Of a DNA stretch of 64,000 nucleotides, positions 50,177-62,570 are shown piece after piece; position 1 is the first letter of the stretch, and each line of letters begins with the position of its first letter. Location of the stretch: assembly GCA_050575255.1 (NCBI GenBank), contig JBNZDD010013718.1, forward strand, positions 3,343,098-3,407,097. Direction: 5' to 3'. A program made the translations under genes and the position numbers. The DNA is from Harriotta raleighana (taxonomy: Eukaryota). Below the pieces are notes generated by a model. It had not been told where the DNA came from. It worked only from the letters and a program-made list of their open reading frames with translations, and searched no databases.

Positions 50177-52394
50177 CCAGCCATCTAGAGGATTGTGAAT
50201 GAATACCAGACCTGACCAAATCTCTCATTGGCTCTGAGAGATTTCCATCAGTTGCAGTTTGAGATGCAGAATCAAGTAGTAATTCAATTATCTTTATTTT
50301 CTTGGGGGGTGGTGCGGGGGGGGCATTTGGGAGGGGAGAAAGAATTAGAACATTTCACTCCTCCTACTGGTGGAACAAGGAATAACATTCATGTCATGGA
50401 TCTATATGTCCAGACGAAGACAAGACCAGAGGACTGGGGAGCAAATCAAGAGGAAGATTCCATGAAAGGACTTATTAAATGTTGGAGACGTACACTCAAT
50501 ATTCTGAAATTATTGATATTGCACTGAATACATCCCCTTCTGGCTCCAAGGGTAGACCAATGAACCTATTTGCTTGCTAGCTCAATTCCCACCAAATAAT
50601 GTTTCTTCAATTCCCTGCCCCATTATTTCCAGTCAAATTAATGAGGTACCGGGAAATAATATCAAAACGATAGATTTGGGTACTTCAGTTACAATCCAAG
50701 TCTCATCTGATATTGATGGTTAACTCTCCCAAAAGGTAAAAATTTTAACCACACTTGGCTAAGGTTAAAAAATATATTTTTAGTGGGTGGGGGAGATTGG
50801 TAGGTTGAAAAATGAATGAAGGAAATATTGCAAAGGGATGTCACCCACCCAGAGTCAAAATGATACAAAATTGTGCATTGACTATTCTTAATTTGAATTT
50901 AAATTCCCTAAATGCCATTTTGTGTGATGTTTATGCTCCAACTTTTACATGTTGCAGTATTGTATCTGTTCTGACTGAGCGGGTGTTGGTAGAGTAAAAA
51001 TAAATAGAGTTGGAAGCATCATAATAATTGTAAATAATCTTTGCATTTGTGAAAGCGCCTTTCACATCATGAAGATGACTCAAAGTGTTTCACAGCACTT
51101 AATATTACTTGATGAACAGGTGAATTAACTGTACTTTATTAAACTACCTCAGGCAAAATTCAAGGATTATTATTGTGATTTGGTAAAAGCATTATAATTC
51201 AGGAAAAGATTTTCAACATGTTTGCAACCTGTCAGCTCATGTGCAAAAACCCCTCACTGTCTTTATGATGTGAAGGGCACAAAACTAGTGTAGTTTGTTG
51301 TTGTTGTGATTGTCAGGATAAGTTGGAATTTTGTTTATCCTTTCCATCCTATTCAAAGGTACATTGGCAGTGTAAATTCTGTCAATTTTAAACGTCATCT
51401 CTGCACCCCCATCCCCCACCCTGTCCCGTCCCCCCTTATCCAGAATGAGACGAAACCTACAAATAGTCACAACTATTTTTATAGGATTCTCCTGGAAGGA
51501 AAATTTTTGTTTTAATCATTCCCATTTTCTGGTTTGTTAAATGGATTCTCCAGTTAACAATCTAAAATTCAGTCCAATCTAGGTAGGAAGGTATATCCAT
51601 TTTAAAAGGATCGCTCTGAGGTATTCAAAAAGTTGCAATGTTGGCATCTTTCTGAGTTAACATAACACCTTTCTTGGTGACTGGCAAAGAAAATGTGAGC
51701 TTTTTTTTTTGCATCATAAAATTTCAGACACTGCAACTTTTGCTCATTTGATAATATTTCATGCTCAGTTCTGCTGCCTTTTTTCCCTCGATTCTCTCCC
51801 CCACTGTCTTTTCCTATGGCACATTTCCTTGGATGGTAGAGACTGCAAATTATTCAAGTTCAACAGAAAAATTGAAAATAAATCCTTTTTCAATATATTT
51901 CTAATGGGAATTAATGTTTGAAAAACAAATGTATGGTGCTAGTGTCTGGAAGACATAAGAAAACAAATCATTTCTGATGCATTTTTTCTTCAATGTCTAG
52001 ATATCCTTATCTGGAAATGCTTTGAATACATTTTGCATAGGTGCTGAAAGGTAAGATGCTCATTCATCTTCTTATTTATTTACCGAGAATATTCTCAAAT
52101 CTTCAAGTGTACAGTTAAAGACCACCAGTTCTTGCCTGGTGGACACACAGAAAATAAATAACAGATTTCCAACTGAGGTGCAGCAACGGAAATTAAATCT
52201 TTGTGCGCAGAACTGTGCTCAATTGCATCAGCCAAGGATGTTTGGGGAAGTGGAGACAGCAAATTTTTGTTCAAGAATAGAAGTATTGGTAAAACTCCTT
52301 TGTTAGACTCCATGTATAGTAATTATAGGCATCTGCAATTCTTTTGAGATATGTTCCGAGGTTTGAAAATATAAACAATAAGAAAAATCTTTAT

Positions 52395-52630
52395 AAAAAT
52401 CCTTGTACTTTATATAGAACCTATCACATTCGTAAGATGTTTCAAAATACTTAACAGGATTTACTGTAAAGTGTAACGGTAGTATTGTAGGTAAGTACAA
52501 CTTCCTATTTGTACACAGCAATGTCTCACAAACATCATGGAGTGAATGAGCAACTTTATTTGATTGCTGGCCAGTGCCTTGGGACTTACTCCCAATGTGA
52601 AAGGTGCTATATAAATGTAATTTTGTTGTT
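52395..52630. mobile_element. SINE tail (-) abutting an L2 tail (+)
   Basis: 52395-52550 reverse SINE tail; 52570-52630 GTGCCTTGGGAC...GTGAAAGGTGCTATATAAATGTAATTTTGTTGTT. Confidence 0.7.
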
Positions 52631-54599
52631 GCTTTTGTCAGGATTATAATTAGCTTGTAATCGTTCAAAACCCAAATAGGGCAATAATTCTGGCCTCTAT
52701 ATATAAAAATATACCCTTCACAGTGGATCTTACTCATGGCCATTTACTCTTGCAGATAATTATTTTCTCTAATAAACAGCTGTGAACAAAGAGTCTGAAG
52801 CATAAGCAAAAGTATTACTGGTATCTAGAAGATATCGTCTATGTCTGTGGTGGGTCGCTACATCAACCCCCTTTAACAGAATAGAATGATTAGAAAATTG
52901 AAATCAATAGTATATTCTGTGTTAGGACATAGGCCATACAACCATGGATGGCCAGATCAAACTCTTTTTTTAAAACCTTGAGAAGTTTCCAATTTTTAGT
53001 GCTTATCAATGAATTCTGAAATCTACAAAAAGCAACATGGATTTCTCAGGAGCGAAAGAGAAGACTGGGGAATCCCTGTTTACTACAGCAGTTTTCCTGA
53101 CATCTGTGATGTTTTTAGCAGCTGTCTTTGCTAATGACATACAGATAACTGACACTTCTCTGCACACCAAGGGAACTGGAGTCCCTCAAAGTTCTGGCAA
53201 CTGTGTAAAGTTGGAATGTTTTATCTGTTTGCATGATATCTTATAGCTCCCAAATTGGTACTGCAGCAATTCTGCAGGGGATAGCTTACATATATGTAGT
53301 ATTTTATCCTTTGCAGTGTGAAGTGGCTTTTGCATTTTAGCGAGGAAATGGAAAGGGAGGAAATGGTTTCATGGTTTAAACATATAAAGAATGTTTTTTG
53401 TTGGAAAAGTGGATTGTGTTAAGAAAATCTATTCATGAAGTTACCTTTCATGGGCTGCTGGACTGTTTCAGGTTTCTTAAAAACTCTTTTATATTATTAT
53501 TGATAATAATAAATAATTCTTATATTTAATGTAGCCTTTTGCATCAGAAGAATGTCTCAAAGCACTTCACAAAGTGACTGTGGATGTATTTTGCGGGCAA
53601 ATCATTTTTCTCTGATTGTACTTAGAATCTAAAGTGCAGGACACATTGTTCTCCTGACAAGAGTTCTCATCAGAAAATCGAAAAAGCTGGAGTTTTATTA
53701 TTTTGGATTATTGTGCAAAACAAAAGACAACTCAAATCCACAAAGGGGTTGAAAAGCAAGGAAAGAGCACCAGCAAAACATTATTATTGTCGCTGAGGGC
53801 AATTGACAACACTACAAATCCTGATATTTAGTGCCACGGTTGTTAGCTGTTGTCAAAGTTCAAGAAAGTGGCATTGTTTCTGTCTCCAGAGCTGCAAAGT
53901 ACCAGAAAAGGTTATTTATACACGTGGTCCCTGAAGGAATCACATGGAATTGCTTTGGAAGAAAAAAACGCTGTAAATAATTTATCTCCACAAAGATTGA
54001 CTCAATCGTCAAAAATTAAAAAAATGCTCGAGATGCAAGCACTGGAGATATTCAGGATTAGCATGATGGTTTGCATAGCAGTGAAGCGGTGATCTAATGA
54101 GGACTTAGAATGTTTATTCAAAAAAAATGGAAGTGACCTGAACTTGTAATTCTAAAATGTAATCGTACGAAGACATGCCCAATGATTAAACATGCCTCAT
54201 TGGGGGCAGCGATTCTTTCTGCAAGCCAAAGCAACAAGATTAGAGTGGTCTTTGCTGGACAAGCAGGAGGGAATCCTGCCAGACAACACTTTCAATGGCG
54301 AGCTGTGCATTTCTAGCTGGTTAAACTCCAGTAGTTACCCCAACAAACAATCTGGGCACCCCAAGCCTTGGCTATTATAACCTGTGCCGAATATTCTTTT
54401 AGTATGTGAGTAAGGTGCGTCCCAACGAAGAGAAAGTGTACATTTTGAAAAGAGAAGATTTCAGTACTGTATAAATACTGGCACATGCTTGTCACATCAA
54501 ATGGCATTTATGCTTCTTAGAGACACTTGCGTGTTTGAACTGGTGATGTTTTGTATGAATGATTAAAAGGACCACTGGTCAAAGATTACCCATAATTCC

Positions 54600-54800
54600 T
54601 TTTGTTACCAAGTAATCCACCAAGCAGGTCCAATTGTAGACAATAATTCAAGTTCAATCCCTCCTCTGTGCAGTTAGCTGATCTCTCTAACATTACACAA
54701 TTGGCCATTAAAGCCATATGGTAGAAATAGAGAAATCAGCCCCTCTCCACTAACTAGAAATCCCGTTGGAAGTTTGCAGGCTAGTTGGGCAACATTAAAA
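54600..54800 (+). mobile_element. AmnSINE2-like fragment
   Basis: GTTCAATCCCTCCTCTGTGCAGTTAGCTGATCTC...ACAATTGGCC...GAGAAATCAGCC. Confidence 0.5.
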
Positions 54801-57800
54801 TTCTGTGTACAGATAAAAGAGCATTTGTCTGCCAAAAACGTCAATATTCATCAAAATATGGTAGGAGAAGCGTGAGAATGTGCAATTCTTAAGGCAGTGT
54901 ACGGTTAACCAGCTTTGCTTTTATTTAAAACAAACTGCTTTCACTTGCAGTAAAATTGTGCTGGAAGATCTCCAAATAGCATTAGGCCTTGTAGTAAGTT
55001 CAGCATTATATTATATTATGGCCTTGTTCAGGCTTTTGGCTCTGATAAGGATTGGCTCTGCGCCCCTAGAACACTGAAACTCCAGTTGGTAAAAAGTATG
55101 ACCTTCACTTCCTGTGTCTCAGCACTTTCCCCATTGCCCGGAAGTCACAGACCTGTACACAGGTCAGGTTTATGTCCATAAATTGTCCTTAAATCTTCTG
55201 GGTGTCTGATTACAATTTTGTATGAACAACAGGTGAAATATTTTTTGGTTTAAATCCTCCTGTCTGAACTAGCTCCAGTCAAGATCAATTGTACATAATT
55301 TGGTCTCTCATGAATTATGTGCAGTAGGCTCTTTCTAGCATGTTTTCATTTAATTCAGAACTAGTAAAAACAGATACTCAATAGATGTAAAGACACTTGG
55401 CAGTTACTGTATAAATGACCTACTCACTATAATTGTCAATAAAATGCATATAATTGCTGCGTTTTTATACCTGTAACATTTGGACATCCTCCAGACGTGA
55501 AAAGCACATATTCAAGTGTAATTTTGTTGTAGTTGTTGGTATATTTTGGTGGGGAATGCAAAAAAGCACATCTTTTAACCTTTACAGAGATTAATTTCTA
55601 TTTGGGAATCTCAATGTTATTTTATAACAAGTTTAACAGCAATGCAAAATGTTACAGAATCAATCTATTTTCCCTTTCTTGTGAAGACTTGAGAGTCGAT
55701 TATTATCCAGGCGTATGTTTGAAAATAAGATTATAAAGTGTTGTGGTGAAAGGAAGCATATTTCCTGTACATCATATCCTTTTAAGAATAATGTTGTTCT
55801 CTTTTGTTCTATATAAACTTACCCAGGAGATAAGACAGCAGTATCAGATACATTTGTATTTCTTTCAGGAAATAAAAGCAATTGGGCGCCACTTCAATCT
55901 TGTTTATCATAATAGCAGCAACAGAGTTACAATTGACGTTAGTTTGAGGAAATGGGAGAATATAAAGGTACTGAGCCTATTCTATGCAGATTCACAATGA
56001 TTAGATGGATTGAGTAAACAAGGCAAGAATTGGCAGAGCAGCGCAATTTACCTACTCATCACTCCCAACTCTACCTGCAAAAAAAAACTCGATAAAATAC
56101 TTCCATTACAATCCAAAAAGAGCAAATGACTCATTAATGTGTTCCTCTCCCAATGGGGCTTAAGGCGGCTGGCAGTTTATCCCCACTCTGGAATTCTATG
56201 TACAAATTGAACAGCCTCAGTTACAAACAAGACAGCTGTTCCAATCAGCTGTTAACCTTCAGGACACAAATTAAAGAGCTCTATATAGAAATTGCTTTTG
56301 TTGCAATTCTGGGAATTTTTACCTACCAGTTGGGATTTCTAAGCACTGCGTTGCTGTTATGCATGCAGCCTACTGTACAGAAGCTGCATTTACACTAACT
56401 TTTGATTGAACTCGTAGTCGAATATAAAGCCTCCTTCAGTAGAAACTCAACTCCAGCTGTTTCACTTTGGAACCGATCCAAAGACAGTGCTTCAGAGTTC
56501 ACCTTTTGAAGTCCACAGCTTGCTTCCGAGTAATAAAGATGCCAGCTTGGTAGTGGCAGTGCCACTGTTTGTCTTCAGTGTGTTACTTTCTCAGCACAGA
56601 AGTCCAATGTGATGTCGCTTTTGGTCTCTTTATATGCCTTATGTCCATGTCTCATGTGCAACATGCCATTAACAGAATACCATTCTCTCAGGGCTCATGT
56701 CTGCTGGCTGGGTAGTTTATCAGGTCATCTCTGAGTATTACAAAGGCTGAAACCCAACTCTTCTCAGAAGCGAACAACAAGACTTCATATACATTTTTTT
56801 TCTTCCAAACTTAGACCTCAGTTGATATACTTGATAAATTTTTAACTTACCTTTTAGTATAATTATTGGAGTAATTTGTGTTGTTTTATAACAACATTCT
56901 ATATGATAAGATTTAGAGCAGTCGAGTAGTCCAGAGGGGAAGTTAGGAGAAAATGATTTTCACGCAGTGAGTTGTTTGGAAACCGATTTAATAAAGCTCA
57001 AAGTTATTCCAAAAGGTTGAAAACTAGTTTTAACTTTGCTTTTGTACTTCTATTTCTCTTGATTTGGGATTATTTTTAGTCAATAATAGTAGTATTGTTG
57101 CAGTTACTAGTTTTGAACAGAGAAGAAAGTTAATTGTAATGTACGCATTAAATGGGTCTTATTGCACCCTGAGTTAATGGATGATATCTCATTGAAGTTG
57201 ATTCGGTTTCCTTGCATCATTTGATTTGAAACCGATTCCCAGTGATGTTCTCATCCGCACTTTTGATGGAAGCAAAATATTCCCAACAGGATCAATAGAA
57301 GAGTAATGGTTATACCTTCGCATAACTCTTTGTAATGCCATGATTTAAAGCAAATGTGCAATTAGCAATTCAAGGTAAGATTTCAACAGTGTAATTGCTT
57401 TGATGTATCGTTCAAAATAAATTCATTATGAGGGAACTTTGTTCATTTGTTTCCTTTTTGCAACCAATATATTCTTCAGATCACATTCGGACTGAAATGT
57501 ATTTGTTAATGCAAACATGCTTTAGGTATATATATATATTTTTTTTTTTAAAAAGTGAATACCCAAATCTGATTAAATAAAGCTGCTTGTGCAAATGTAA
57601 CTGGGGTTAACCTCTATGTCTTTCAGTAAAATCGCAATGACCAATTCAAAACAATATTATTGTGGATAATTTAGAAAGATTCTTAATGGATTAAAAGCTC
57701 AATAGTCATAGCACTGACTGTTAAATGATAAACTTTGCTCTGCCTTGCACTAGGTTTCCAGAGCTCTATAGCCAGTTTGGTACAGAATCAATATTACATA

Positions 57801-58094
57801 CATAAATTAGACTTTATTTCATTAGTCTGCCCATTTGCTTGAGCAATCTTGTTTTTGCTCAAGTACCCGCTGTGATCTGCAATAACTTCTGCAGCATCCT
57901 TTAGGGGAATGTTTTGAGTTAAAGAGAGTAGGAGAAAACAAAGCTGAAAGATTCACCCTAACAGCCATTAGTCTAGAAGCAAGAAGAAGAAAATATATGA
58001 CTTCCCAGTAGAGCAAATTTACATGAGATGCCCTTCTACAGGCACAGATCAAACCTAGGCAGTCATGGAAATAGAAAATCAGTCCAATGTAATA

Positions 58095-58300
58095 CATAGA
58101 GAAATTGCTTCATGAAAAATCCAAATTATAGTTGCTGGAATGTTGCTGTCCAGCAATGTGCTAGAGGCCAAGTTCACCAGGGTATGGGGATCTGAATAGG
58201 GCAGGCAGTGGGTTTGAATAAAAAGTTTTCACTAGAAGTCAGTGTGGTCTTGATGACCGTATGCCCTCTTCCTGTGCTGTAAATTTCTATGTTTTTATGA
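58095..58300 (+). mobile_element. CR1-type 3' UTR remnant
   Basis: Ends GATGACCGTATGCCCTCTTCCTGTGCTGTAAATTTCTATGTTTTTATG, a typical CR1 terminus. Confidence 0.6.
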
Positions 58301-60457
58301 TCATCTGCTCAATCCCAGGTGACATTACCGACGCCACGTGCACTCAGTTTCGTTGCAGTAAGTTTAAACCAATCCAAATGCTATTGCGCCAAACTGTGAC
58401 TGCATACATCGACTGAAGGCGAAACAACACTGTAAAAATGCAATGAAAGAAACAAATGAACTTATCACACATTTTCTTTCTTCTGTTCGCCCTCCAATAT
58501 GAGTTGGCACATTGCTGCTTTGTAACCAACCCTAGTCATTTCCACAACAATCCTGTCTGAGTCACATTATCAGTGATAAGGTTCCCCTCATGAACAATAT
58601 AATAAACATCAAAACTGATTGTGAAAGGTGAATTTATTGCCACCATCCTCAAGACCATAAACCTGAATGAATATTGTAACCCATTGACTTCACCAGTTGG
58701 AATATGGGCAACTGGGATCAGTGCTGCTTGCTACCCAACTCTCCCCAGCAGGCTAGTCAACTCACTGCAAATCTGCCATAAAATTTTAATTTACACCGCG
58801 TATTCAGAATCCTTTGTCTGAGTGGGGTTTCTGGATTTTGGATGACTGAGGCAAAAATATGCCTTAAATGAGGGACTTTCCATTTTCCTCTCCAAGGCAT
58901 TATTGTCGGTAATTCTACCGTAATAGAAGTACAAATATTTCATAAGCGATTCTGTCACTTCAAATCTGTTAGGAAACAACGCATTTTTCACCCCATTGTG
59001 TGAAAATCATTCTTACACATGGGATGAAGTCCAACAAAAATCATTTCACTTGGATACCTTGGGGAAAATAGCATGTAGGATACTGAAGCTAAAATGATGT
59101 CTGTGATTAACTGGCACAGTGTGGAAAAGATTAATAATAATAATCCTTGTATTCGATATGCAGATCTTCTAACCAGAATTATATTCACGAAAGTTTTTTT
59201 TTTAAGATAATCTACACTGGAGGTTCTTTTTACTCCTAACAAATGCACAGACTGACACAAGACCTTTCATTTGTCATTTTGCTTGCAGTGGTACTTTATT
59301 TTAAAATGTCTANCAAGTTCACCAGGGTATGGGGATCTGAATAGGGCAGGCAGTGGGTTTGAATAAAAAGTTTTCACTAGAAGTCAGTGTGGTCTTGATG
59401 ACCGTATGCCCTCTTCCTGTGCTGTAAATTTCTATGTTTTTATGATCATCTGCTCAATCCCAGGTGACATTACCGACGCCACGTGCACTCAGTTTCGTTG
59501 CAGTAAGTTTAAACCAATCCAAATGCTATTGCGCCAAACTGTGACTGCATACATCGACTGAAGGCGAAACAACACTGTAAAAATGCAATGAAAGAAACAA
59601 ATGAACTTATCACACATTTTCTTTCTTCTGTTCGCCCTCCAATATGAGTTGGCACATTGCTGCTTTGTAACCAACCCTAGTCATTTCCACAACAATCCTG
59701 TCTGAGTCACATTATCAGTGATAAGGTTCCCCTCATGAACAATATAATAAACATCAAAACTGATTGTGAAAGGTGAATTTATTGCCACCATCCTCAAGAC
59801 CATAAACCTGAATGAATATTGTAACCCATTGACTTCACCAGTTGGAATATGGGCAACTGGGATCAGTGCTGCTTGCTACCCAACTCTCCCCAGCAGGCTA
59901 GTCAACTCACTGCAAATCTGCCATAAAATTTTAATTTACACCGCGTATTCAGAATCCTTTGTCTGAGTGGGGTTTCTGGATTTTGGATGACTGAGGCAAA
60001 AATATGCCTTAAATGAGGGACTTTCCATTTTCCTCTCCAAGGCATTATTGTCGGTAATTCTACCGTAATAGAAGTACAAATATTTCATAAGCGATTCTGT
60101 CACTTCAAATCTGTTAGGAAACAACGCATTTTTCACCCCATTGTGTGAAAATCATTCTTACACATGGGATGAAGTCCAACAAAAATCATTTCACTTGGAT
60201 ACCTTGGGGAAAATAGCATGTAGGATACTGAAGCTAAAATGATGTCTGTGATTAACTGGCACAGTGTGGAAAAGATTAATAATAATAATCCTTGTATTCG
60301 ATATGCAGATCTTCTAACCAGAATTATATTCACGAAAGTTTTTTTTTTAAGATAATCTACACTGGAGGTTCTTTTTACTCCTAACAAATGCACAGACTGA
60401 CACAAGACCTTTCATTTGTCATTTTGCTTGCAGTGGTACTTTATTTTAAAATGTCTA
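58169..60457. repeat. 1144-bp direct duplication (58169-59312 and 59314-60457) split by a single N; probable assembly artefact
   Basis: Four ORFs repeat identically at offset 1145; N at 59313 lies at the junction. Confidence 0.9.
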
Positions 60458-60727
60458 TTATCAGCCACAGTTTTGTCACAGACTGAGACGTTTCAGTGAG
60501 TTGTTACACCATCAGCAGCCTGTGGAAGCTGGAGCTAGCAGATGTGAACAAGCCTAGAATTTCTCCTAATTGTTGTGGTACTCTCTATTCTGCATTTGTC
60601 AGTTTCTATTCTTCGGAGGCTGAAAGTAATGTTGTTTTTTCTAGAGTGTTTGAGATTGCTGGTTATGGATTTTGAACAGAACTGGGATGTATGTTGGCGT
60701 TTAGTATATTTATGAAAGTACACGGTC

Positions 60728-60887
60728 ATACATTGCAGTGTGTAACTTGGCTACCGCCTTTGCCTACAAAGACAAGGTGACTGCACGTTACAGTAAACCC
60801 TGTAAAGCGACTTAAGACATTTCAACAATATGAAAAAGTTCTGTTTCAAATGTAAGGATTATTTATTACTGTTGTTATTATTATTAC
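60728..60887 (+). mobile_element. SINE 3' fragment
   Basis: TTGGCTACCGCCTTTGCCTACAAAG...TGTAAAGCG...AAATGTAAGGATTATTT. Confidence 0.75.
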
Positions 60888-62399
60888 TACAAGAAAAATC
60901 AATAATGAGAAAATACTCACTGAAACTTATCTGTTTTCAATCATTTAGAAAAAAAAAAAATAATTCTTCTATTAATTTGCTTGGTGATTATTGCAAACAT
61001 TTATCAACTGGGATAATTTGTGATTATTTCCTAAAGCTTCTTTGGAAATCTTGAAGATTATCTGCGTAGTCGGGGTTCTCCAACCTTTTACTTTAAGACG
61101 TAATGGTGCTCTTAATTTTGTCTTTAACTTTTCTTTCCGTTAACTTTCCCACTTTTACATGTTAACATTTGCCTTTGCTGTTCAGATTCTTTGCTATGAT
61201 ATTCCATTCCATACCTTTCTCTTGTTAATTTTCTTGAGCAATCTACATGCTTGCAATCAGTCTAGTTGCCGTTTTAGACCTGTGCTTAGGTTCCTCAATG
61301 GAAAACATGTGAGGAGAAACTGTACACAAAAGATCTGTTATGTCTCAGTTGGAATTATTTATTTTAATGGTGCAAATTTTTGATAGTATTATTAGTATTA
61401 GGCCCTGTATACTTTAGGATTTGACCACAGTTTCTACTTTAAAGAATTGGAAACTCTTTTCTACTTTATTTCCACTCCAAATTTATATTTACCCCAAATT
61501 CAAATTATTTGGGTATTCATCTAATTGTTGTTTTCTGGCTCAGGTTAGTTGTTGCATTTTGCCTTTTATAAAACATTCACTTCCTTCAATGCAAATGATT
61601 ATGTTATTGGCTTAACATTTTTAATATTATTTACAAGTTTGCACCTAGGACATATTTAGCTTTGTGGGAACCATCTGGATTTCTACCATACATATGTATA
61701 TCAATATACATTGATTAAAAACAATATGTATCTATTATTTTGTTTCCATTCTGTATATGGTTTCACTGTCTATACATGATTTATTTAATGCACACAATAG
61801 ACGTTTTGTCTCTCATTGACTTGTAGGTCTTTTGAGGTTGAGGGTATCCTATCATTTATGACCCAGATTTGCAAACATAGTCTCAGTTTTCATTTCTTGG
61901 CTTTGTTTTAGCAGTTAATCCCTTGAATGAATGGGAAGGTAAGTGTCACAAGTGAATAGTGTATCTCATGATGTTACTTTGATATCCTGGAGGAAGAGCT
62001 TGAGTGCCTTGGGCAGGAGAGGGGTGGATCAAGGTATTTTTTCTCTCTTTTTGGGAGATCTTATCTCTGAAAAAATCCCTTTCTCAGAGATTTCAACACA
62101 TTTTGGAAAGTCAGAGACAATGCAAACTGTACGTGTATTTTGCAATATTCAATAATTGAGGGCCTGTTCTTGATTCCTTGCATTATAGCTTTAGTTTGTC
62201 TCTTTAATTTTTCTAATTTTCTTCCTCCTCTTCTGAAGGATTTTTATTACTCTATGTTTCTATTCAACAACTGTACCATAGCTGCCAAGCACTCCTCCAA
62301 AACCTTATTAATTGATTCATGTGCAAGACATGATAATGTGAACCTGTGCTCATTCCACATTTAAACATGTTCATTGTGAGGTAATAGATCCAAGTACTT

Positions 62400-62570
62400 G
62401 TATAGTGGTCAGTCAGGAAGCCTGTGTGGTTTTCCTCCTTTATGACTTAAGGGAAGCTGAGGTTTTAACTGTGAATCCTTAACTGGGATCAGCTCTCTGA
62501 GAGCAGACTGGGATTCAAACATGCAACCTCTGGTCTATGAGACTTGGAGCTGCACCAATTGGGTAGTGCC
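62400..62570 (-). mobile_element. AmnSINE2-like 5' fragment
   Basis: CTGGGATCAGCT...GCAGACTGGGATTCAAAC...CTCTGGTCT is the reverse head of the same family. Confidence 0.45.

Noticed and set aside
56395-56590. About 60-codon open frames on both strands
   Set aside because: No start or splice support and no recognisable similarity
36478-60457. Repeated identical ORF sets suggesting a gene cluster or array
   Set aside because: Explained by the two N-split duplications, which are probable assembly artefacts
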